In this document: piece after piece, positions 33,072-44,351 of the stretch
Layout: every line of letters begins with the position of its first letter
Numbering within the stretch: the stretch's first letter is position 1
Source: an uncultured archaeon
GTDB lineage: Archaea > Asgardarchaeota > Thorarchaeia > Thorarchaeales > Thorarchaeaceae
Assembly (NCBI GenBank): GCA_964473825.1
Contig: CAYYQL010000001.1
Span: forward strand, 1 to 64,000
DNA: 64,000 nucleotides
Reading direction: 5' to 3'
Notes under the pieces: generated by a model
Databases searched by the model: none
The model's input: the letters and a program-made list of their open reading frames with translations, nothing else
What the model was told of the DNA's origin: nothing
Program-made: the position numbers and the translations under genes

Positions 33072-33414
33072 TAGTAGATATCAAAGCTTTCGAAGTGGTC
33101 CCCTCGGGGATCACTTTTCCTTCAATCTTGTCGTCTAGTCATCACGTTCTACTGCTTCATTGCAGGATGCACAATCTAGGACACAAGAGTCACATATGTC
33201 CATTCGACGGCCATGGGACAGTTCTGCGGCACCCATGGAGCGACAGGTTAGCCCGGTCTCAAGTGACTGTAAGTATGGTGTATGACTCCACCAGTTGTCT
33301 CGTCCAGTAATCTGCTTCACTTCTAGGTTTCACAAGTATGGCAAAGAATACTCTGAGCTGTTGTAGACTTGAATAACGAAAGATTGATTAACTATTGTTA
33401 TTGATACACCCTGA

Positions 33415-35520
33415 GTGAACATGACTTCAGAGAAAGAAGCAGAATCTGGAAACCGCTTGGCTGGAGAGAGTAGCCCTTATCTTCTCCAACATGCAGATAA
33501 CCCAGTCGATTGGTATCCATGGTCGGAGGAGGCCTTCGAGCAGGCACGAAGAGAGAACAAGCCGATTTTCTTGTCAATAGGTTACTCAACCTGCCATTGG
33601 TGTCACGTTATGGCTCACGAGTCATTCGAAGACGATGGTGTTGCTAGCCTCATGAATGAAAGCTTCATCAATATCAAGGTGGACCGAGAAGAGAGACCAG
33701 ATATCGACAAGGCATACATGAAAGTGGCGCAGATGATGACGGGGAGAGGTGGTTGGCCCCTTACAATCATCATGACACCGGACAGGGAGCCCTTCTTCGC
33801 AGGAACATACATACCAAAGAACAATCGATATGGGCAGATTGGACTAGAGTCACTCATACCAAAGATCAAGGAACTGTGGGACAATGATCAGAACAATATC
33901 CAAGAGGTCATAGCCAGAATCAAGTCAGCTCTCCAACGAGACCTGCAAACAAGCGGAGGTTCTATGCCCAGTGAACGACTAGTAACTCAAGCTGTATCAG
34001 CTCTCGCTACGCGGTTCGATGATGAGAGAGGTGGATTCGGGAGAGCTCCCAAATTCCCATCCCCCCACAACATTCTCTTGCTTCTTAGACACTGGAAAAA
34101 CACAGACGAAACCAGCGCACTGAAGATGGTCGAGAAGACACTCCGAGAGATGCGGAGAGGAGGCATCTTCGACCAAATTGGAAAGGGATTTCACCGTTAT
34201 TCTACGGACAACGAATGGCTTGTCCCGCATTTCGAGAAGATGCTCTATGACCAAGCTATGATGATGATCGCTTATGTGGAGGCATACGTGGCTACTGGAA
34301 ACCGAGTGTATGCTGATGTAGTGGATGAAATTGCAGCCTATGTAAGTAGAGAGCTTAGAGATGAGAAGGGTGGTTTCTTCTCGGCCCAGGATGCCGACTC
34401 TGAAGGAGAAGAGGGCAGATTCTATGTCTGGGAATATGAAGAGATTGAGTCGCTCTTGGAACCAGAGGAAATGAAGGTCTTCGTTGAAGCATACAACATC
34501 AGGCCGGGTGGAAACTTCAGGGACGAGTCCACTGGTAAGAATACAGGCAAGAACATTCCACATCGCTCACGTGGGATTGATGGAGTTGCAGAAAGACTGT
34601 CCAAGTCCCCAGAAGAGGTCACCCATCTTCTAGAGAGCGCAATATCCACACTGTTCAAATCTCGAGAAGAGAGGATTAAGCCGCATCTTGACGATAAGAT
34701 CCTCACAGACTGGAATGCTCTCATGATAGCGGCTCTGGCAATGGCAGGACGATTCATTAACGACCGGTATACCTCGCTCGCCACTGAAGCCATAGAATTT
34801 GTTCTCACGCATCACCAACGTCAAGGCAAATTGTTGCATCGTTATCGAGACGGTGAAGCCGGCATCCCTGGCTTTCTCGATGACTATGTTTTCTTGACTT
34901 GGGCCCTTATTGAGCTCTATCAGACAACATTCGAAACGGAGTATCTCAAGGAGGCCATCCGTCTACAAGACATTACCAATGAAGAATTCTGGGATCAGGA
35001 CGCGGGTGGATTCTTCTTCACTGGAAAGAATTCTGAAGAGCTCATTACACGAGAGAAGAATGCATACGACGGAGCCATCCCTTCAGGAAATTCGATTGCT
35101 GCGCTCAACCTAATCAGATTGTCGCGGCTTACGGGCAAGACGGAATTTGAAAGCTACTCAGAAGGAGTCTTCAAGGCATTTGCCTCCGACCTTGAAGCTG
35201 CACCTGGAGGCTACTCCATGATGATGGTCGCTCTGCAGTACATGACCCAGCAGTCATTAGAGATCGTCATCGCAGGAGATCCCGAAGACGAGCGGACCAT
35301 GGAAATGATAGAAGTCATTCGCAGTGCCTATCTGCCCCAATCTGTTGTCATTCTGAAAGGCGACCAAAGACAAATCAAGGAAATAGACAGGTTGGCTTCC
35401 TATGCTCGATTCTATAACGAAGTCGATGGAAAGCCGACTGCCCACGTCTGTATTGACCACAACTGCAAACTACCAACCCATGACATCGAGAGAGTGAGAG
35501 AGCTGCTTCGAATCACCTGA
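33415..35520 (+). CDS. YyaL/SPATA20-like thioredoxin domain plus (alpha/alpha)6 barrel protein
   Basis: [46 protein letters not shown]. Confidence 0.92.
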   Translation: MNMTSEKEAESGNRLAGESSPYLLQHADNPVDWYPWSEEAFEQARRENKPIFLSIGYSTCHWCHVMAHESFEDDGVASLMNESFINIKVDREERPDIDKAYMKVAQMMTGRGGWPLTIIMTPDREPFFAGTYIPKNNRYGQIGLESLIPKIKELWDNDQNNIQEVIARIKSALQRDLQTSGGSMPSERLVTQAVSALATRFDDERGGFGRAPKFPSPHNILLLLRHWKNTDETSALKMVEKTLREMRRGGIFDQIGKGFHRYSTDNEWLVPHFEKMLYDQAMMMIAYVEAYVATGNRVYADVVDEIAAYVSRELRDEKGGFFSAQDADSEGEEGRFYVWEYEEIESLLEPEEMKVFVEAYNIRPGGNFRDESTGKNTGKNIPHRSRGIDGVAERLSKSPEEVTHLLESAISTLFKSREERIKPHLDDKILTDWNALMIAALAMAGRFINDRYTSLATEAIEFVLTHHQRQGKLLHRYRDGEAGIPGFLDDYVFLTWALIELYQTTFETEYLKEAIRLQDITNEEFWDQDAGGFFFTGKNSEELITREKNAYDGAIPSGNSIAALNLIRLSRLTGKTEFESYSEGVFKAFASDLEAAPGGYSMMMVALQYMTQQSLEIVIAGDPEDERTMEMIEVIRSAYLPQSVVILKGDQRQIKEIDRLASYARFYNEVDGKPTAHVCIDHNCKLPTHDIERVRELLRIT

Positions 35521-35626
35521 CGAATCCGATAAACACAAGCGTCTATCCATACTCTTATTTTGTGAGTTCAATGCAACAGAGGGCAAGCCGTTTTGGGCTT
35601 GGACTTTGCTATGGAGAACCCTTTGA

Positions 35627-37774
35627 ATGAACCGACGACGGACGACGACCACCTTGGTTCTTGCACTGGCCATTATGATGCTCGGGCTTTTCTCACCAAT
35701 CTTGGGTACAACCCACATGGAATCCCTCCAAGGTATTGACGGCGACTTTGTCACGACTGAGAACAGCGAGTATCCAATCTATAGTATAGGAACGCTGGAA
35801 CAAATCCAAGTCATTGAATACTCCACAATATATGATGCCTTACAGGCGGTCAACGAAGGAGAGGCGGACTTGTTCGGACACAGAATACAAGCCGCGGACT
35901 ACTCAATTCTCGACGGTTTCACGGATGTCGTCAGGCAGTGGGCACACGACAAACAACAATGCTGGCTTTCACTGAATGCTAAGACGTATCCCCTGAGCTC
36001 CTATCACTTGCGGCAGGCAATTGCATATGCGATCAACAAGACAGAGATTGCCGAGCTCTCTTTCAACAATCAAGTTGATCCTGTAGACTTACCCATTTTT
36101 CTTGGAGACCCTCTCTCAGTAGAAAGAGAGGAGGGCGGGCAGTATTACAATTCTGATGTGAATGCAGCGCAATCGGTGCTGGGTCAAGGAGGCATGTTAG
36201 ATGTTGATGATGACGGATATGTGGAAGCCCCGAATGGCAGCGATTTCTCGCTGAAGCTGACATACCCCAGTGATGTTCAGGGACTGGCTGCTGCTGCAGG
36301 AATTGTCCATTCCAACCTTCATTCCGTCGGAATCAACTGCACCATGGAATCTGAGTTGAATACAATCATTCAGAGTGGACTAGAGGCCCATAATCTCAGC
36401 TACGACATGGCAATCACCACTGTGAATTTCAGCATGAGTAACCCACAATGGGGCCTCACAACTTTCCATTCATCAAGGCGGAGTGAAATAGGAGAGAATA
36501 TGGCACAGATATCTGACGGCGAGATAAACAGTGCTGTCTTCCAGTATGAAGACTCGTTCTCACTCAAAGCCAGACAAACTGCAGTGATGGACGGCATGAG
36601 AGTGATCAGAGACAGATGCCCGGTCATACCCCTCTTCAACTATCGCTGGCTCTCGGTATATAGCACTGCTAACTTCGACAACTGGCCTGATGACTGGAAT
36701 GGCGGTGCCTTTGGGGTCTGGACCCCCGTTAAAGTCACCGCGAGACCTGATAGTGACAACACCCTCCGAGTCGCAGTACTACCAGAGTATTTCACTGATT
36801 TCTTCAAGACTCCTAACCCGTTGGATTCTTCTGATACTCTTGACCACGATTGGGCGGTCATGGAGCAATTCAACCCCTATCTTCTGGTCTATGATGCTGC
36901 GGTAGTATTGTCACCTGAAAGAAAGTACGTGCCCAGAGCATCCACATCATGGGATGTCTTGTATCGCGGCGCCATATCTGATATCAGACCAGATCAGACG
37001 CGCGTGAGGTTCTATAGCGATCCAAATGCAAACTGGACAGATGAAGTCAATCTGAATAGCGAGGATTATCGCTTCACTTACAACCTATTAGTGAATCAGT
37101 CGAAGGTCGAGTATGCGAATCTGACAGCAGGACTGAAGACAACTGGAGAATTCATGGCGGGAATAACGGTTGACAGTCTCAATCCATTCTACTATAGGCT
37201 CTACTCTCAATTGCCGATTCTTCCCAGACATATCTGGGAACCTCAGAATCTTTCAATCTGGAATCCATCTATCGAAGATGCTGTTGGATCCGGGCCTTAC
37301 ATAATAACTGAGTTCACTCCGGGTTCCTCACTCACATTAGTGATGAATGGAGGGTACTATCCACTCATTGATGAAGAGCCTCCAGAACTCAACAGGTTCA
37401 ACCAGTATCCTGAAAATCCAATACCGGCTGAAAGAGTGGTCATACGGGCCTATATCAATGACCGATCGCGCATCCAAAATGTGACTCTTGAATGGACGCA
37501 TAGAGTAGGGCACTTGAATTTCACATCCTCGGCAGCCATGAATGAAACAGTGTTCGGATACTTGGGAACAATACCTTCCCGGATAACAGCCACATCCACA
37601 GAATGGGTCATCACCGCCACAGACATCTGGGGAAACACGGCTGAGATTGCATCAGGCTACTATGAACGTTCAACAAGCGAAGCCCAAAACGACAACTATC
37701 TTGTTTCTGCGGTGGCTCTAGCAGTCGGCTTCGCATCAGTTGGCATATTCTTGGTTCTTAGGAGAAAGCAGTGA
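35627..37774 (+). CDS. ABC transporter substrate-binding protein (family 5-like), membrane anchored
   Basis: Signal peptide, LRQAIAYAINK, ILPRHIW, VGSGPY, C-terminal TM with basic tail. Confidence 0.8.
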   Translation: MNRRRTTTTLVLALAIMMLGLFSPILGTTHMESLQGIDGDFVTTENSEYPIYSIGTLEQIQVIEYSTIYDALQAVNEGEADLFGHRIQAADYSILDGFTDVVRQWAHDKQQCWLSLNAKTYPLSSYHLRQAIAYAINKTEIAELSFNNQVDPVDLPIFLGDPLSVEREEGGQYYNSDVNAAQSVLGQGGMLDVDDDGYVEAPNGSDFSLKLTYPSDVQGLAAAAGIVHSNLHSVGINCTMESELNTIIQSGLEAHNLSYDMAITTVNFSMSNPQWGLTTFHSSRRSEIGENMAQISDGEINSAVFQYEDSFSLKARQTAVMDGMRVIRDRCPVIPLFNYRWLSVYSTANFDNWPDDWNGGAFGVWTPVKVTARPDSDNTLRVAVLPEYFTDFFKTPNPLDSSDTLDHDWAVMEQFNPYLLVYDAAVVLSPERKYVPRASTSWDVLYRGAISDIRPDQTRVRFYSDPNANWTDEVNLNSEDYRFTYNLLVNQSKVEYANLTAGLKTTGEFMAGITVDSLNPFYYRLYSQLPILPRHIWEPQNLSIWNPSIEDAVGSGPYIITEFTPGSSLTLVMNGGYYPLIDEEPPELNRFNQYPENPIPAERVVIRAYINDRSRIQNVTLEWTHRVGHLNFTSSAAMNETVFGYLGTIPSRITATSTEWVITATDIWGNTAEIASGYYERSTSEAQNDNYLVSAVALAVGFASVGIFLVLRRKQ

Positions 37775-37782
37775 TACGACAG

Positions 37783-39267
37783 TCACTGCGAGTCTGACTT
37801 GCGAATGAAGTACACTACAGTGATTACGACAGCTGCGACCCCCACCACACCGAAGACCAAGAAAGAGCCGTATACAATGAGCGGGTTACTTGGCCAGATT
37901 TCGGCCAGAGCATTCCCCGAATCAAGCCACGCATCAGCAATGCCGAGGAGATGATAGGATATTTGTTCTAGCTCGGCCCGGTAGGTCTCAAGAACTGCTT
38001 CGAGGTCTCCAGATGAGTTGAACGAGTCAGCAAGACCTCCGAAGGTTGAGGATATCAGGCTGTCATGAATGGATAGATTCCCAATCTGAACAAGAGTTCT
38101 GTTCTCAGATAGTGCCTCGAAGTGTGGAAGGGCATTATCGGCCTTATCCAAGAAGGTGGAGATGTCTGTATCGAGGAAGAAACGGTCAATAGTCTGAAGG
38201 GCTCCTCTATAAGCAAGATACTGAAGTGTGACCTCGGAACCTAGGCCCAAGCCGATGAATTTCAGAAGTGCGGCCTTGAATGATATCTCATTGTTCATGC
38301 CATCAAAGACACTGAGGTAAGTCCTGAGGCCATCTGGCGTGATATCCCGAGCGAGAGCCCGGAATGCTTTTTCACCAAAATTCCAAAGGTAGGCACTCGG
38401 GCTTCCCGGGGCATAAACGTCTCCCACCCCCAGAAGACAGTCGCGGATGTACGGGCCCAGCTGCTCAGATACGCTTTCAGGAGCGCTGCCGTCCGGTTTG
38501 ATCAGAATCGAGATGTATTCCCTTGAAGACCAGGCGAGGTTGAGATTTGCGTAGCTGATTTCGGAATAGTTACCTCTGCCATCAACAGGATAGCCAAAGT
38601 CATCGCCGAAGGAACCAACCCCGGGGTCCAGTATCGTTGCTCTTCCAGAGGTGTCATTGTAGCCTGCAATTATGATAGCATGTCCTCCACCCGAGAGGCC
38701 ATTCTCCCTAAGGAAGTTATAATCATCGGCTGGCAGCCACAGAGGGTCAACACTCGCAATCACTGGATTCCCATCATCAATAGAATTCTTCATGAAGCTG
38801 AATGCTTCGTTTTCTCCGTCAAGCAAGCCAGCATCGATCCCCCAACTCTTGAGGAGACTCACTTGTTGGTCTATCCCTTCGATTCCTGAACTGAAGTATA
38901 CCGAGTAGTTCATACCAACAAGCTCACAGGCTAGATTCGCTGGATCAATCTGCTGGTATAATGCCCCTGGAAACATCAGGAGTGTGTCATTGTACCGGAT
39001 ATACGCAAAGGCGAACCCTATGCCAGAGAGAGCAAATAGATCATGCAACGTGATATCGGCCCCATGATATTGCATGACCGATGATGTTGCAGCCCACGCA
39101 CAGAATCCGTTGATCTCCTGCCACACGTATGGAACACCTGATATCAGTACGTCTTCTTGGGCGACAATCTGCATTGCTGGTATATCGGCCCTCACATCCG
39201 AGGAATAGCTGGAAGGAAGCATCACCGCAAGCATCAGAACCAAGAACAGAACTTGAAGCCGTTTCAT
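37783..39267 (-). CDS. Secreted C39-like cysteine peptidase domain protein, membrane anchored
   Basis: VPYVWQ...FCAWA (Gln/Cys), GHAIIIAGY (His), ILDP (Asp); signal peptide and C-terminal TM. Confidence 0.75.
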   Translation of the reverse strand: MKRLQVLFLVLMLAVMLPSSYSSDVRADIPAMQIVAQEDVLISGVPYVWQEINGFCAWAATSSVMQYHGADITLHDLFALSGIGFAFAYIRYNDTLLMFPGALYQQIDPANLACELVGMNYSVYFSSGIEGIDQQVSLLKSWGIDAGLLDGENEAFSFMKNSIDDGNPVIASVDPLWLPADDYNFLRENGLSGGGHAIIIAGYNDTSGRATILDPGVGSFGDDFGYPVDGRGNYSEISYANLNLAWSSREYISILIKPDGSAPESVSEQLGPYIRDCLLGVGDVYAPGSPSAYLWNFGEKAFRALARDITPDGLRTYLSVFDGMNNEISFKAALLKFIGLGLGSEVTLQYLAYRGALQTIDRFFLDTDISTFLDKADNALPHFEALSENRTLVQIGNLSIHDSLISSTFGGLADSFNSSGDLEAVLETYRAELEQISYHLLGIADAWLDSGNALAEIWPSNPLIVYGSFLVFGVVGVAAVVITVVYFIRKSDSQ

Positions 39268-39707
39268 CAGATGTTCGCCGCGCTCAGAGGTCACAGTGCA
39301 GACATAAGCGTGTTGATGGGACCCTAATCGTTCTTTACTACTTGGGCCATCGTTCATCATCAACAACCATGCCAAACTCTATGAGCTAGTTGAGTTCGTC
39401 AAGAAGGGAATCCTCAGGGATTTCATTCGTTTCAGAGAACGCTCCGTCCCCGGTACTTCTTTGTTGGAACATTCTTCACAACTGTGACGCCGCATACTTC
39501 CTTTCATCGTTCTCCATCCCAATTGGACTATTTGACCACATGATTGCTTCTATCGTCATCTTGGGTGGAATCATCTTCAGCTGGCTTGAAACCTATCGAC
39601 TATGGCAGTTGAGATATCATTAGCATAAGCAGGGTCGCTGGACCGTGTCTCAAAGACAAGACTTATCGCGGATATCTCTGGGCTTTTATTTCAGGACTGA
39701 GTGTGAA

Positions 39708-40790
39708 TTGAACTACCATATCGTGCTCACGAAGAGGTGCAATCTCAACTGTACTTACTGCCTTGAGGGTGAGGAGGATATGGCGGATACCGAGATTCGG
39801 TACTCGATGGACCAGCTAGCGGAATTCCTTGACCAAGATGAGAATCTACAACTCATGTTCTACGGGGGAGAACCAACCCTTCGGATCCCTCTTATGATGG
39901 AAATCATGGACCGATTCGAAGAAGCTAGATTCATGCTGCAGACCAACGCACTCCTTCTTCACAAGATTCCTGAGGAATACATCCGGCGCATGCATTCAAT
40001 CCTTGTGTCAATCGATGGCACAAAGGAAACCACAGACCTCTATCGGTCAGCTGGTGTATACGATAGGGTCATCAAGAATGTTCGCTGGCTGCGAGCTATC
40101 GCGTACGAGGGAGATGTGGTGGCTCGGATGGCGGTGTCGGAAGAAAGCGATATCTTCAGAGATGTGACTCATCTCCTCAAACTGGAAGACCCCCATTTCG
40201 ATAATGTGCACTGGCAACTCAATGTGGTATGGGATGCTGAAGGAAACTGGACAGACTTCGATGGCTGGCTGAGAAACTCCTACAAGCCGGGACTGGAAAG
40301 ACTGGCGGAGTACTGGGCGAAGAAGATGCACTCAGGGAAGGTACCGGGGATTGTGCCCTTCCTACCTACCATGTATACCATATTGACTGGCACGAAGACC
40401 AGACTGAGATGCGGGTCCGGAATAGACACCTTTGCCATTCATCTGGATGGAAGTATCGGTGTGTGTCCTATATCCCCTGACTGGGACTTCTCTATTGTAG
40501 GACACATATCCAGAACACGGCCCCAAGACCTTGAGAACATCATGCAGATAGAAGAGCCATGCCCATCCTGCGATATTTATGACATCTGTGGAGGACGGTG
40601 TCTCTTTGCAAACAGACAGAGACTCTGGGGCGAGGAAGGCTTCAGAAAGGTATGCAGTACTGTTGAACATCTTGTAGATGTCCTCAGAGATTCAGAAGAA
40701 CAAATACGTGAACTCATAGAACAAGGTGTTGTAAGTCTCGCAGATTTCCGGTATCCTGAGTACAATAACGGTTGTGAAATCATTCCTTGA
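39708..40790 (+). CDS. Radical SAM/SPASM protein (AF0577-like family)
   Basis: CNLNCTYC, FYGGEP, SIDG, SPASM cysteines, C-terminal CEIIP. Confidence 0.88.
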   Translation: MNYHIVLTKRCNLNCTYCLEGEEDMADTEIRYSMDQLAEFLDQDENLQLMFYGGEPTLRIPLMMEIMDRFEEARFMLQTNALLLHKIPEEYIRRMHSILVSIDGTKETTDLYRSAGVYDRVIKNVRWLRAIAYEGDVVARMAVSEESDIFRDVTHLLKLEDPHFDNVHWQLNVVWDAEGNWTDFDGWLRNSYKPGLERLAEYWAKKMHSGKVPGIVPFLPTMYTILTGTKTRLRCGSGIDTFAIHLDGSIGVCPISPDWDFSIVGHISRTRPQDLENIMQIEEPCPSCDIYDICGGRCLFANRQRLWGEEGFRKVCSTVEHLVDVLRDSEEQIRELIEQGVVSLADFRYPEYNNGCEIIP

Positions 40791-40817
40791 GTCTGGGAAC
40801 GATGCCTACAGCGACCT

Positions 40818-41363
40818 CTAATAGTCATCCTCGATGATCGCTTCTTCCTCTAAGTCTTTCTCCATAACGACAATCTCTTCACCGGCCCGCTCATGGCGGC
40901 TTTTCTCTTCGTATCCCAGTTTTCTGTAGAAGTCAATCTGCGGATCAATTGCACCATAGACCTCTAGCTCAATAGATCTGGCGTTGTTGGAACTCAAAAG
41001 GCTCTCGGCGTAGTCCATAAGGGCCGTGCCTATGCGTCTACCCCTGAATCTCTCTCGCACAGCAACTCGGCTTATCACACCGAGCCTCCCGCGTAGTTCG
41101 GCACGCATGGTGCCAGCGATAATGTCACCCACCAATGCCACGTAGATGTTCCCCATCTGAATGTGCCGAGCTATCTTATCCATGCCTTCCTGAAGCGCTG
41201 CGGGCGGACGACATAGCTGTTTCATGATGGGCTTGTATGCCTCCTGTATTATGTCTCTGACAACATCCACCTCATTCATTCCAGCACGACGTACCCGAAC
41301 TTCTGCATAGTTGTAGATTAGATGCACCACCTTAAAGACTGCTAAGTAATGGAGAGGTATCAC
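40818..41363 (-). CDS. GNAT acetyltransferase
   Basis: VAVRERFRGRRIGTAL, FYRKLGY; start uncertain. Confidence 0.85.
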   Translation of the reverse strand: MIPLHYLAVFKVVHLIYNYAEVRVRRAGMNEVDVVRDIIQEAYKPIMKQLCRPPAALQEGMDKIARHIQMGNIYVALVGDIIAGTMRAELRGRLGVISRVAVRERFRGRRIGTALMDYAESLLSSNNARSIELEVYGAIDPQIDFYRKLGYEEKSRHERAGEEIVVMEKDLEEEAIIEDDY

Positions 41364-41405
41364 AACGACATAAACTATTTGGAATAGAACCCCTAGGAGC
41401 TACTA

Positions 41406-41899
41406 GTGATTGTTCCCATGTCGAGGATATGCGTAAGAAAGGCAACAAAGCAAGACCAGCAATGGATTGATTGGGTTACCAGAGAGAAGTGGGTAGGAGA
41501 CTTCATTGTATCACGAGGACACAAGCATATCCCAAGCAGATTGCCCGGCCTTGTTGCCACAATAGATGAAAAGCCATGCGGTCTGCTCACTTTCCATGTC
41601 ATTGATAATGAATTTGAGATTGTGACTCTGAACAGACTCCAAGAGCGAAGAGGCATCGGCAAGGCTCTGGTCAGAATGCGATTAAGGCGGCAGAGAAGAG
41701 GGGTTGCAGGCGCGTGTGGCGGATAACCACAAATGACAATACTGATGTGATGCGGTTCTACCAGAAGCTCGGCTTCCGTTTCTCAGTGATACATCGCGAC
41801 GGAATCGTACAGGCTCGAAAGCTGAAACAGTCTATTCCACAATACGGGCATTCGGGGATAAGAGTCGTTGATGAAGTCGAAATGGACTACCGAGTGTAG
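41406..41899 (+). pseudogene. Frameshifted GNAT acetyltransferase
   Basis: N-half (EIVTLN...RGIGKAL) and C-half (ITTNDN...FYQKLGF...ARKLK.SIP) lie in different frames; shift near 41675. Confidence 0.75.
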
Positions 41900-41973
41900 C
41901 CTTCTCGCAGATGGCTTGTGAAGACGCTTAGCTTAATTAGGGAAAAGGCCTGAATATGAGAGGAGATACAAAC

Positions 41974-42126
41974 ATGACCGAAGATGAAAGAAACGAAGAA
42001 GAGATACTAGAGTCACAGAAGCTCTCATCCAAAGACAAACAAGAGATCCAAGAGGGTCTCTGTGTCAACTGTGCTGTGGTGATGTTCATCTTCATGATCA
42101 TAGCTCTCACTACATTTGTGCTGTGA
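41974..42126 (+). CDS. Small tail-anchored membrane protein (50 aa)
   Basis: MTEDERNEEEILESQK...CVNCAVVMFIFMIIALTTFVL; AGGAG upstream; not in the ORF track. Confidence 0.6.
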   Translation: MTEDERNEEEILESQKLSSKDKQEIQEGLCVNCAVVMFIFMIIALTTFVL

Positions 42127-42144
42127 CGTGGAAGTGACGACTAG

Positions 42145-42317
42145 GTGACTTTTCTTATAGACCCGCCCTTGCTGGTCACGTTCGGTTTCATCTCCTATGC
42201 GATTGGTGCTAGGCTACAGGATTGCACAGATCTTCCCATAGGTAAAATCCTGGCACTGTTCAGCACAGTCACAATAATCTTCACAAGCACTTCTCTGTAT
42301 CTGAACCTCTGGTACAT
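42145..42317 (+). pseudogene. 5' half of host membrane-protein gene interrupted by the integrated element
   Basis: ...SLYLNLWY ends in the att core; joins in frame to 58552-58743. Confidence 0.85.
42308..42317 (+). repeat. attL core TCTGGTACAT
   Basis: Identical to 58544-58553. Confidence 0.9.
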
Positions 42318-42377
42318 AGCAGACAATTCCCTCTCAATATGTAACGGATAATGCCCTTTAGAGATATCATTGCGATA

Positions 42378-42416
42378 TTTTGTGTAGATTCTACCCCCAC
42401 CCCCGTGATATATATC
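42378..42416. repeat. 39-bp sequence, inverted copy of 57056-57094
   Basis: TTTTGTGTAGATTCTACCCCCACCCCCGTGATATATATC versus reverse complement of 57056-57094: 34/39 ungapped identity. Confidence 0.85.
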
Positions 42417-42583
42417 TCACTGAGCTCTCCGGATACCTGGTCCCTCAACTCGTTGGTAAAAGCAGAGAGCATGTCTGAGATGTTCTTGAGGAGTGCTCGG
42501 CGAGGACTCCTATAGGGAGTGGTTCAGTCCAGAACGTGAGAGTCGCCCATGTCAGACTCTTCTGACTTGGAGGATGCCTTGAG

Positions 42584-42742
42584 ATGACTGATACGCGCAA
42601 CAAAATCGATATCACGGAGGAACTGAAGAACGCAGTTCTCGAACTGGTTGGCAGTTTTCTTCGTGAGGCCCGTTCCATGTGCTCTAGCGACGAGGAGTTC
42701 TATCGAGTGATCGACTGGCTGATCTCGCGCGATAAGAAGTGA
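42584..42742 (+). CDS. Small helical protein (52 aa), similar to 55229-55366
   Basis: MTDTRNKIDITEELKNAVLELVGSFLREARSMCSSDEEFYRVIDWLISRDKK; GGAGG upstream; stop codon abuts a repeat core. Confidence 0.6.
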   Translation: MTDTRNKIDITEELKNAVLELVGSFLREARSMCSSDEEFYRVIDWLISRDKK

Positions 42743-43228
42743 CTCGTTGGTAAGAAGAGAGGTCTCCTTGTCTGATGTTGCTGGGTAACTAGCGGCCAAC
42801 AGCTCGAGGGCTAGTTGCAGGGTAACGACTCGAGAATGCATCCCTCCGAGTTGGCGCCCGCCAACTCTCTGAGTCTTCTCTCTACGAGACTAAATAGTAC
42901 CGAGGACCTAGACCACTTGGACCACCTAGACCGGAGAGTACTCATGCTCAAGGAGATCTCATCTGAGACTGCCAGTTACCAACGAGTGAGAAGTCCGCCG
43001 TTTCTGAGCAGATAGGTATAGCTGAACCCATTTCACGGGGATAAAAATGCATGGGCCTCTCATTGGTAAGAATGCCCTTGAGAGCGTCTCTGAGACTCGG
43101 CCAATCATCAAGAGTCCTGTAGTCTGGTTCCTCACCCGGTAGCTGAGTCGTCTTCTGTGGTGCCGAGAGCGTGATTTGACCTCCTTAATAGTCCTGTAGA
43201 ATCACCTTTTGATAGGACTGTGCTGATT

Positions 43229-43510
43229 ATGACAGACAACGATGAGAGCCCGCTCCTGGTCAGGATCCCTGGACGAGATGAGGACCGGTCCGCCGCGAAG
43301 CATCCCCGGCCCCGATGTGGGATCTGTGGACGTCCAACAGTGGTCGCCACCATAGACCGGGGCAAGACCGAGAAGAAGGGGAAGAGGCCAGTGGGCCGAC
43401 CCAGGAAGGGCGCAAGATACACTCGCTACCGAAAGATCGGGAGGTACTGCGCCTATTGCGAGATCTTCTACTATCCCAACGGCACCCCTGACTACAGGTT
43501 GAGAGGCTAG
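43229..43510 (+). CDS. Small Zn-finger protein with AT-hook-like motif
   Basis: CGIC ... RPVGRPRKG ... CAYC. Confidence 0.6.
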   Translation: MTDNDESPLLVRIPGRDEDRSAAKHPRPRCGICGRPTVVATIDRGKTEKKGKRPVGRPRKGARYTRYRKIGRYCAYCEIFYYPNGTPDYRLRG

Positions 43511-43556
43511 AGAAGAATAGCTTCTCCAAGTTCACGGGGCACGGTCTCCTGTCCTG

Positions 43557-44153
43557 GTGAACCTTGGTCTCCCTCGAGCATCGAGGCCCACACGTATGGA
43601 TCAACACTCGTTGGTAACTGCTGAGCAGCTGAGGAAGTTGGCGCCCGCCAACTCGTTGGTAACTGTAGAGAACATATCCATCGTCCTGCCTTACTCATAC
43701 ACTATAGCTGAAGAGCAAGAAGACGGGCGACTTTTCACTCACCCTCTGATAACAGCCTCGAAACGGCCTCTCGCGCTTGTCTACGATTCGTCTGGGCAGA
43801 CTTGGTCCAGAGAAGAATTTGCCTTCCATACGATCTCTCCGCTGAAGATTCGGCATCGGAGGGTTGTGCGAGCTCCCCGAGGTTCCCAGAAGAAGGTCTC
43901 AGAACTCGTTGGTAACTGGACGTCAGGTGTCCTTCTCCCTGTAGGTCGCAATGAGATCCTCGAGTCGCTTTCTGATTGCCTCTTTGACGAACTCAGCAAA
44001 GGACGTGTAGCCGAGGCCGATCTCTTCATTCTTCTTCTCAACAAGATCCCTCAAGGACTCGGGAATGCGTACCGTGATGTATTCGTCAGACATGATTCAT
44101 CCGAGACCACCGCGAGAGATAATCCCTTCCTATCAATATTGAATCACCTATGA
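43557..44153 (+). CDS. Hypothetical protein (contains three repeat copies; 5' end doubtful)
   Basis: 198-aa ORF; N-terminus is made of repeat DNA. Confidence 0.35.
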   Translation: MNLGLPRASRPTRMDQHSLVTAEQLRKLAPANSLVTVENISIVLPYSYTIAEEQEDGRLFTHPLITASKRPLALVYDSSGQTWSREEFAFHTISPLKIRHRRVVRAPRGSQKKVSELVGNWTSGVLLPVGRNEILESLSDCLFDELSKGRVAEADLFILLLNKIPQGLGNAYRDVFVRHDSSETTARDNPFLSILNHL

Positions 44154-44170
44154 CGCAAAGGCTTAAGTAT
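44152..44170 (+). promoter_or_regulatory. Putative BRE/TATA promoter of the RHH-TFB operon
   Basis: GACGCAAAGG-CTTAAGTA about 25-30 bp upstream of ATG 44187/44193. Confidence 0.45.
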
Positions 44171-44192
44171 CACGGATGAATCATAGATGGCT

Positions 44193-44351
44193 ATGACTGA
44201 ATACAAGGGCGTCAAGATCCCGGCTGAACTGGCTGAGATCATTGACGTTAAACTGGTCAAGGAATCCGGCTACACTTCTCGAGCAGACTACATCAAGGAG
44301 TGCATCCGCAACGATCTCAGAAAGCGTGGGCTCCTGGGAGGGTCGGAGTGA
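44193..44351 (+). CDS. Ribbon-helix-helix (CopG-like) regulator, 52 aa
   Basis: MTEYKGVKIPAELAEIID...GYTSRADYIKECIRNDL; missed by the ORF track. Confidence 0.8.
   Translation: MTEYKGVKIPAELAEIIDVKLVKESGYTSRADYIKECIRNDLRKRGLLGGSE

Noticed and set aside
33135-33320. Small Cys-rich ORF as a Zn-finger or peptide gene
   Set aside because: No family motif or clear start signals; insufficient support
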